Shown here: positions 57,868 to 64,000 of the stretch, one piece after another | Numbering within the stretch: position 1 is the first letter of the stretch | Layout of the letters: every line of letters begins with the position of its first letter | Source of the DNA: a virus | Lineage: Duplodnaviria; Caudoviricetes | IMG/VR virus record: IMGVR_UViG_2907128583_000005 | Coordinates: 64,001 to 128,000 of that record | Length of the DNA: 64,000 bases | Direction: 5' to 3' (one strand) | Program-made: the position numbers and the translations under genes | Notes under the pieces: generated by a model | What the model saw: the letters and a program-made list of their open reading frames with translations, nothing else | Databases searched by the model: none | What the model was told of the DNA's origin: nothing

Positions 57868-57920
57868 GAACTTATGTTCGTATTTATTTTGATTATACTA
57901 CTGCCAAAAGGCATAAGCAA
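57868..57920 (-). promoter_or_regulatory. sigmaA promoter with downstream LexA box
   Basis: TTGCTT (57920-57915)-17 bp-TATAAT (57897-57892); GAAC-TTAT-GTTC at 57868-57879. Confidence 0.75.
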
Positions 57921-57940
57921 CATAAATCCAAAAATAACTC

Positions 57941-58354
57941 TTATTTTTTATTGTTTCTTAATTTTTGTAGCATTTTTTTCACATTGGTTAAATGTACCGC
58001 AGCTATCTCTACAAAGCTTTTTTTGTTTTTATCAAAGTATATCTCATATACCTTTTCATCAATTTCATCAATTTTAGTAACGTCAGCCATGCTCCCTCTA
58101 CCTACTCTTACGAAGCCTTCAATATTCTCAAATAAACGCATCGTCTGTTCCGTTCTTGTTTCATCGATATACTCGCCCATATCTGTTATGTATACAATTC
58201 TTGTTTGCCCAGTTCTTCCACTTTTCTTTTCAGTTCTAAATCCTTGAATTTCAGATACTGGCAGCATAATTGCTACTTCGTCTATTTTGTCACCTATCTT
58301 TTTAACTACTTTTATAGTATCCGTTGATTTCAATTTTTTCACCTCATAATTCAT
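57941..58354 (-). CDS. stand-alone LytTR DNA-binding domain protein
   Basis: GFVRVGRGSMADVTKIDEID resembles LytTR F.R.HRS.IVN..KI; no receiver domain; follows agrBD. Confidence 0.7.
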   Translation of the reverse strand: MNYEVKKLKSTDTIKVVKKIGDKIDEVAIMLPVSEIQGFRTEKKSGRTGQTRIVYITDMGEYIDETRTEQTMRLFENIEGFVRVGRGSMADVTKIDEIDEKVYEIYFDKNKKSFVEIAAVHLTNVKKMLQKLRNNKK

Positions 58355-58397
58355 TTGGTGTCTCGCCTCCCAAAAGAAGAACGAGACACCAAATATC

Positions 58398-58520
58398 TTA
58401 TTTCAATTCTTCTGGCACTGCTTCTCCATGGATCAACGTCCAACTAGCAGTGCTTACTACTGTTACAGCCAGCAGAGAGCAAAAACTACCAACAATCAGC
58501 ATAAGTTTGTTCAATTTCAT
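58398..58520 (-). CDS. agrD: AgrD-like cyclic lactone autoinducer propeptide (40 aa)
   Basis: MKLNKLMLIVGSFCSLLAVTVVSTASWTLIHGEAVPEELK: amphipathic leader, S-WTLI-H core, charged PxxL tail; GAGGAGGTG RBS; ATGA overlap with agrB. Confidence 0.88.
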   Translation of the reverse strand: MKLNKLMLIVGSFCSLLAVTVVSTASWTLIHGEAVPEELK

Positions 58521-59053
58521 ACCTTTTCACCTCCTCTCAAGCGTATCAAGAGGAGACTTTGTACTAAAGCTGCTAAATTCAAAACTGGAATATTAATCGT
58601 ATATATTAGCGTAACTAATATTAAAGATATAATTTTAAACCATTTAAAATTTTTTGGTTTCACTCTTGTTTGCTGTTCGATCTTACTTGGTGCATACAAC
58701 ATTACTAATATTATACTCGCTAGGTACATAGCGAAAGAATAATTATCGAAATAATTGCCACACAATGCAATTAAAATTATAACAAGAGATGAAAAAACTA
58801 TACACATTTCTGCTGATTTAAAATGAAACCCACCTGAAAACATTCTTACTGATGAAAAACCAATTAGTGCAAGTATTGCTTCTTTGGTAATCCCCAGCAA
58901 CATTGATGCTATTAAAACAATAAATATTGGAATGGTATTCGATATAATAAATTTAATTGTATACCTTACTATTTGTTGTGACGGTAATTCATCAGGATAT
59001 TTCCTTTTAGCTGCAATACTCCATTTATCAGCCAACTGATTAATCATATTCAT
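58517..59053 (-). CDS. agrB: AgrB-family peptide-processing membrane protein
   Basis: RMFSGGFHFKSAEMC (catalytic His/Cys), YAP motif, multiple TM segments. Confidence 0.93.
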   Translation of the reverse strand: MNMINQLADKWSIAAKRKYPDELPSQQIVRYTIKFIISNTIPIFIVLIASMLLGITKEAILALIGFSSVRMFSGGFHFKSAEMCIVFSSLVIILIALCGNYFDNYSFAMYLASIILVMLYAPSKIEQQTRVKPKNFKWFKIISLILVTLIYTINIPVLNLAALVQSLLLIRLRGGEKV

Positions 59054-59681
59054 TTTTAATTTCCTTTCTTCTTTCTATAAAAATCAGTAAGACAAATATT
59101 ATTATCCAAAAAACTACGCTAATAGTCATATTATCGAAAGTTGGCTTTGTCATTACAGACACTCCGATCAGAGAAATAATGAATAATACAACATTAGAGA
59201 CATTAATTTTGAATTTCAAAGTATATTGATACGGCAGTGTTGTAAAGAAAACAGATCGTTTTCTTAATGCAAGGCTTATTAAGATCATTGTTGAGTCACC
59301 TAAAAATTGAATCAACGTTCCATAATCTTTTGTTGTTGTAAAAAAATCAATTTTTAGTGTTAATGCGAGTATGACAGCAGTTAAAGTTTGTAAAATCATC
59401 TGCACTAAGAAACTAATTCCCGATATTCTCAGTGATGAAAGAGGGGATAACTTAAATAAAATTACAAGAAAAAGAATCATGCATATAAGGTTTGTCACGG
59501 GAGCAATCCTATTCGGAAAACCATATTCCATATATAAGTAGGAACCCACCGAAATACACAGGCTTGAAACGATAAATTGTATCCAATAATCTCTTATTTT
59601 TACCGAATACATACCAAATCCAAAAATAAAAATCGCCATTCCATCCAACATTGAGAATATTATGTATTTAGCTGTTTCCAT
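59040..59681 (-). CDS. polytopic membrane protein resembling an AgrC sensor domain without the kinase module
   Basis: About 213 aa, roughly 7 TM segments, no HisKA/HATPase motifs; overlaps the agrB start. Confidence 0.65.
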   Translation of the reverse strand: METAKYIIFSMLDGMAIFIFGFGMYSVKIRDYWIQFIVSSLCISVGSYLYMEYGFPNRIAPVTNLICMILFLVILFKLSPLSSLRISGISFLVQMILQTLTAVILALTLKIDFFTTTKDYGTLIQFLGDSTMILISLALRKRSVFFTTLPYQYTLKFKINVSNVVLFIISLIGVSVMTKPTFDNMTISVVFWIIIFVLLIFIERRKEIKNEYD

Positions 59682-59728
59682 GTTTGCCCTCACGTTCTTA
59701 TAATTAAATATAATGAATTTATAATGTA

Positions 59729-59757
59729 AATATATCATGCGTTTATGTTGATGTCAA
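59729..59757 (-). promoter_or_regulatory. sigmaA promoter of the agr-like cassette
   Basis: TTGACA-17 bp-TATATT. Confidence 0.75.
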
Positions 59758-59794
59758 CACAATTTTCCATAAAAAAAAGTAGAATAAGAAATAC

Positions 59795-60772
59795 TTATTC
59801 TACTTCAGGATAAACTCTTTTTATGGTTTCTTCATTGAGGAAATCTTGAGTATACATTGTACTGTTGATTATACCACCATCACGCAAACCAACATTAAAT
59901 TGTTTACATATCTTATGAATATCTGAACGATCTAAAGATTTTTTGTTATCACGAAGGTATTCTATTCTTGCCATTTCTAACATGCCTGAATTTCTTATAT
60001 CGATTGGAGATAAACTTGGCCTATTCAGTTTTTCACCAAACTTTGTAACAACAAATGTTATTAATGACTGTTTAACTTCTTCTCCTCTCGTGCTCTTTAT
60101 TATATATTCATTGTCTTTTAATTTGGAAGTATCTTTTCTTTTGCTACCTTCACCAAAATTGGATTTGTACACTTCTTCTTTATCGGCTGCTAAAAGAGAT
60201 TTAATTAAATATTCACTAACAATAATTTCTCTTTCTGTTGTTTCATAGCGGTCTACATTTGTTAATTTTATTTTATTATTAGCCTTATCGATATTTTCCA
60301 CTTTTAAGGTTCTTATTTCAGAACTGTTTCTACCCAGAATACCTTCAAATATTGATAGAATTATCGCTATATCTCTATAACTATCCAATTCAGATAAAGC
60401 ATCGTCTAAATGCTCTTTTTTAATTAATGTTTGTTGTGGTACAAATTTTTCAAAGTCGCTTTTCCCTTTCATTGCTGCAAGTGGATTCATTTTATCTTTT
60501 CTAAGCCCTTGCGCACTTGCCCACTCAACGTATTTCCTGAGAATTGACCCATAATTCATTGCACTACTTAACTTTGTTGGAGCTAGAAGATAAATAACCT
60601 CTTCAAATTCACTCAATGTAAAATCATAAAGGTCTTTTTCCAATCTCATTTCCACTCTGCTTGCACGTTTTAATTTTCCTTCGTAGTTTTTACGAGTGTT
60701 TTCTCTAAATTCACTTAAAAATCTTTTTTTGATCTCTGGATTATATAGGCTATCCCCATATATATTATTCAA
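59795..60772 (-). CDS. YopR/MrpR(SroF)-like master repressor with tyrosine-recombinase fold
   Basis: YNPEIKKRFL..E..LEKDLYDFT..YVEWA..N..FEGILG..SEI..LSP..IRNSG..QDFLNEE matches SPbeta YopR as I recall it; 325 aa; directly downstream of a YopQ-like gene. Confidence 0.8.
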   Translation of the reverse strand: MNNIYGDSLYNPEIKKRFLSEFRENTRKNYEGKLKRASRVEMRLEKDLYDFTLSEFEEVIYLLAPTKLSSAMNYGSILRKYVEWASAQGLRKDKMNPLAAMKGKSDFEKFVPQQTLIKKEHLDDALSELDSYRDIAIILSIFEGILGRNSSEIRTLKVENIDKANNKIKLTNVDRYETTEREIIVSEYLIKSLLAADKEEVYKSNFGEGSKRKDTSKLKDNEYIIKSTRGEEVKQSLITFVVTKFGEKLNRPSLSPIDIRNSGMLEMARIEYLRDNKKSLDRSDIHKICKQFNVGLRDGGIINSTMYTQDFLNEETIKRVYPEVE

Positions 60773-60776
60773 TTTG

Positions 60777-62111
60777 TTACACCTCTTTGATTATATTTTC
60801 AAAATGTTTTAGTATGTCCCCTTGAATGCGAGTAGACGAATAAGCTCTTTTAGCCTCAAATAAATCTATAAGTGTTTTATCGTTACTTAAATCAAGACTA
60901 TCAATTATTTTATTTAACTCCTGTGGATTAATGCTTTGATTATCTTTTTGATACATTTTATAAGCGATCACTGTATATCCAAAAAACATTAAAGGGTGAT
61001 TTATATAGCTCTTATCATACTTTTCTCTATTTTCCAAAAAAGCATCCACATACAAACTTATCAAAATACCAAAATATTTCACAAGATAGTGAGATACATT
61101 TTGATAATCAAGATACGTCTGAGGATTAAATGTTCTTTCAATCGCTAAATTTAAGATACTGAAAGTTGTCAATTGCCCAACAGCAGTATTTGGCTTAGTT
61201 GTAGAGGCAATTCGAATACCTTTAAGTTCGCTGTCTTGGTTGGTTTGTAATTCTTTTACAACAGAAGCAGATCGCCCAGTAGCAGAAAGTTCTTTCTTTC
61301 TGTCTTTATTTAAAATGTTGATTGTATTTATCTGACCAAAAAATTTAGAGGCAGTTTGCTGATCATAAGTTCTAATCGATAGTTCAAAATTAAAATTTAA
61401 ATCATTTTTCTCATTCATTGCTTTGACAGTAGCCTGCAAACGGTGAAAACCATCCAATATACTTATAGTAGCATCTTTGTTTATAATTAATTGTCCAAAC
61501 TCGTCTTCTTTCGGAATCCAAGTTACTGGTTCTGATTCAAAGTTATAAACGTTAAATCTTATGGTATCAGTTAAATAGTCATTCGCAACCAGTTTATTAG
61601 CAATAGTTCTCACGGAAGACTGATTTACAATAGGCGTTTCAATAATTCCATCGTTGCGATTGCCTTTATATTTTAATCCTCTTTGAGACCTTGGATCGTA
61701 TATTATCATCTGCGATTCAAACATCTTATTTAGAAGCTTGGCTGATATTTTTGAAGAATATGCTTTTTCGTCAATTTGTATTGCATTAAAAGTCAAAGGT
61801 AGACTTATTGTTTCACTAACAAATTCTGATGCTACACTTTCTTTTGCTTCTCTAATTTCAGTCGCTGTAAAATGTTCAAGTGGATCTATACCACCAAAAA
61901 CACTATTAATGCACTCAGTAAAGACACATAATAAGGGTAGACTAACCTCTTCAATGCTTTTCTTTTTTAAAATAATCTCGTTTAATGTTCCATAGGGAAC
62001 TCCTAGTGAGTTTAATCTGTCATTTACACTAAGTATCTTCTTTCTACTTGTCTTATGTTCATCAATTATCTCAGTAATTATCTTTTCTACTTCTCTACGG
62101 TCAGTTTTCAA
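60777..62111 (-). CDS. YopQ(SroE)-like DndB/DGQHR (ParB-like) domain protein
   Basis: SQRG, ILDGFHRL, FFGQIN; synteny with the YopR-like gene. Confidence 0.78.
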   Translation of the reverse strand: MKTDRREVEKIITEIIDEHKTSRKKILSVNDRLNSLGVPYGTLNEIILKKKSIEEVSLPLLCVFTECINSVFGGIDPLEHFTATEIREAKESVASEFVSETISLPLTFNAIQIDEKAYSSKISAKLLNKMFESQMIIYDPRSQRGLKYKGNRNDGIIETPIVNQSSVRTIANKLVANDYLTDTIRFNVYNFESEPVTWIPKEDEFGQLIINKDATISILDGFHRLQATVKAMNEKNDLNFNFELSIRTYDQQTASKFFGQINTINILNKDRKKELSATGRSASVVKELQTNQDSELKGIRIASTTKPNTAVGQLTTFSILNLAIERTFNPQTYLDYQNVSHYLVKYFGILISLYVDAFLENREKYDKSYINHPLMFFGYTVIAYKMYQKDNQSINPQELNKIIDSLDLSNDKTLIDLFEAKRAYSSTRIQGDILKHFENIIKEV

Positions 62112-62169
62112 ATGTGATACACTCCTTTATTAAAGAATTATAACACATAAATATAATAAATATACACGA

Positions 62170-62952
62170 TCATTTTTTCCTAAGTTTATCTAACAAATTG
62201 TGATTATTACCTTCCAAAACCAGAACTTTAGTCACATCTTTTAAGTCTTTTGTATTCATTAATTCGATTTTATTTAGAATTTCATTCTTTATTTTATTCT
62301 CACAAGTGATGCAGAATTTCTTTCCTTCAATAAAAAGAAACTGCGAATAACATCTTTCGTATTCACATACTTTTTCCCCAACTTTCTTTGGAGAAAATTC
62401 TGCTTTTTTCATTGCTTCTGTCCAACTCAACCCCTTATTGTTCATTGCACTAGAAGATGGTTTTAGTTTCAAACTATCATATTCTACTTTTGTTGGAATG
62501 TAACCTATTTTTTTAATGGAATTTTTTAAATCAACAATCATTGATTCAATGCTTGTATATTTGTTTTTCAAATTTACTTCAGCAGCTTTGCATATTTTCT
62601 CTATTCCAAAGTGGTCAGATATATACTCCCAAGCAGGCTCAAAATTACCAGCTTCATAATCCACTTTATCTACATACCCATTTAATACATTTAATAATTT
62701 GAAATTACTGATTGCTTTTATTCTGTTTTTTTCTAATAAGTATTCTTCTTTTGTTGGAATACCAGCTTTTTTCAAGAAATCTTTAAAATTTGTTTTAGCT
62801 TTTCTATTGTAGGTATCCCATGTAGTAGTTTTTTCTTTGTTTCTATAAAAATCAAAGAGTTCTACTGTGAGGTATCCTCCTGCTTGCTTTGCCGCCAACT
62901 TTGCTTCATTTATATATTTATTTTCAAGCTCCATATTCATGTTACAATTCAC
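62170..62952 (-). CDS. protein with homing-endonuclease-associated repeats and a C-terminal Zn finger
   Basis: IGYIPTKVEY..PSS...SWTEAMKKA repeat; CEYERC...KKFCITC. Confidence 0.6.
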   Translation of the reverse strand: MNCNMNMELENKYINEAKLAAKQAGGYLTVELFDFYRNKEKTTTWDTYNRKAKTNFKDFLKKAGIPTKEEYLLEKNRIKAISNFKLLNVLNGYVDKVDYEAGNFEPAWEYISDHFGIEKICKAAEVNLKNKYTSIESMIVDLKNSIKKIGYIPTKVEYDSLKLKPSSSAMNNKGLSWTEAMKKAEFSPKKVGEKVCEYERCYSQFLFIEGKKFCITCENKIKNEILNKIELMNTKDLKDVTKVLVLEGNNHNLLDKLRKK

Positions 62953-63494
62953 CTCTCAACAAAGTACCTGTTGGTCATATACCAAGCTTTACCCTTCACT
63001 GTATCAACCATACCCTTCTTGCTATCCAAGAATACAATATCTCCACATTCCTTACAGCCCCATTTATTCCTCTTGTACGCTGACTCTTCTATATAGGAAG
63101 CTCCACATTTACACTCTACCTGAATCAATACCTTGTGCTGGCTGTATGCATCTGCTAATTGCTCTTTAGCCTTACTTACTACTACTGGTTGCTGTATTGC
63201 TGCTACATATTCCCTTTGCTCAGAAAATTCATTATGTACTTTAAAATCTGCAACAAGCTCAGGATTCAATCCGAAGTATTCTTTACCAACTGTGGTTACA
63301 TATTTACTCCCAACACGATAAGATTCTATCCAGTCCTGTATTTGTTTCGTGGATAGGTTTACACTTCCTTTAATACCGCTATTTAGCGTGTAAGTCATAA
63401 CAAAGTAAAGATAAGTTCCCATAATACACCCCCATCTAAATATACTATAAGCGATAATTATTATCAAAGAGTAAAAAAAATAAGCGTAGCACAT
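62949..63494 (-). CDS. hypothetical Zn-ribbon protein
   Basis: CKCG...CKECG; likely start MGTYLY after GGGGTG. Confidence 0.7.
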   Translation of the reverse strand: MCYAYFFYSLIIIIAYSIFRWGCIMGTYLYFVMTYTLNSGIKGSVNLSTKQIQDWIESYRVGSKYVTTVGKEYFGLNPELVADFKVHNEFSEQREYVAAIQQPVVVSKAKEQLADAYSQHKVLIQVECKCGASYIEESAYKRNKWGCKECGDIVFLDSKKGMVDTVKGKAWYMTNRYFVER

Positions 63495-63533
63495 ATATGC
63501 ACGCTCATCATTAGATTATTATTTACTCTCAAG

Positions 63534-63917
63534 TTATACCTTTGTTACTAACTTTTCTTTCTCAAACTCATCAACAACGATCCTAAGTCTTATAAGATTC
63601 TTTTGCTTCTCTTTTTTATAATTCTTTATATGTAATTTTACTGCTTTTAAGGCTTTATTGAAATACTCTTTGTCATAATCATTATGAATATTCAACAAAT
63701 AGTATTTTGTTGCGTCTGCGGTAATCTTGCTCCTATATCCCTCACCCTTCATCATAGAACAAAAATCGGAGATATGAGACAGAGCTGTTCCTCTGTGCAT
63801 TCCTGATAACAGTGAAATGGAATTTAACGCAGAACCAAGATCCATCTCATTATGAAAAACCTTTCTAGAATATTCGTATGCGGTTTCAATCATTAGTCTT
63901 GTTATTATTTTCCCCAT
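63534..63917 (-). CDS. hypothetical protein
   Basis: 127-aa ORF with GAGGAG RBS. Confidence 0.7.
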   Translation of the reverse strand: MGKIITRLMIETAYEYSRKVFHNEMDLGSALNSISLLSGMHRGTALSHISDFCSMMKGEGYRSKITADATKYYLLNIHNDYDKEYFNKALKAVKLHIKNYKKEKQKNLIRLRIVVDEFEKEKLVTKV

Positions 63918-64000
63918 TATTTTATATCACTCCTCATTGTTGTGTTCTTCTATCCATTTAGCTATATCTAGGTTAGTTTTAACAACTTCATCTTTCTTAG

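Larger units (their letters stand above)
1..64000 (-). mobile_element. Segment of a large SPbeta-like temperate phage/prophage (regulation, early/accessory, replication and nucleotide-metabolism regions)
   Basis: Dense co-oriented small ORFs; gene set and order (YopQ/YopR-like, SSB/AAA, ligase, helicase, primase, RecJ-like, nrdIEF with intron, thyA) parallel SPbeta; no host housekeeping operons. Confidence 0.9.

Noticed and set aside
59795-60772. Prophage integrase with a nearby att site
   Set aside because: Catalytic motifs are degenerate, sequence and synteny fit the YopR/MrpR repressor, and phage-like genes continue on both sides
2793-63356. Many plus-strand ORFs antisense to real genes (e.g. 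2793-3110, 27122-27529, 29201-29635, 56098-56781, 57786-58247)
   Set aside because: They are shadow frames of well-supported minus-strand genes, without RBSs or recognisable motifs
57334-64000. Arbitrium aimR/aimP system
   Set aside because: No HTH-TPR receptor or AimP-like secreted peptide in the window; the peptide present is AgrD-type

Overview
This AT-rich window is a segment of a large SPbeta-like temperate phage or prophage; the host is probably Paenibacillaceae (inferred from gene content). Almost all genes are on the minus strand. In transcription order it holds a YopQ/YopR(MrpR)-like lysogeny-control pair, an agr-like peptide-signalling cassette, tRNA-Ile2(CAT), SSB- and AAA-type recombination genes, about 40 kb of small accessory genes with a few plus-strand morons, a ligase-helicase-primase block, a LAGLIDADG endonuclease next to an interrupted RecJ/DHH nuclease, and a nucleotide-metabolism block (nrdD, nrdI-nrdE-nrdF, MazG-like hydrolase, thyA, DHFR). 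nrdF and nrdD each carry an ORF-less group I intron whose splice sites can be read from the sequence. The three strongest findings are: (1) a 10-nt insertion in the RecJ catalytic motif with the hallmarks of a programmed ribosomal bypass, directly downstream of a free-standing homing endonuclease; (2) a kinase-less, receiver-less agr cassette beside the master repressor, followed by a LexA-boxed promoter and a hairpin RNA; (3) about 48 copies of an 18-bp palindrome, RTAAAA-N6-TTTTAY, that mark gene boundaries like cassette sites. All family calls come from motifs recognised by eye; no database search was run.
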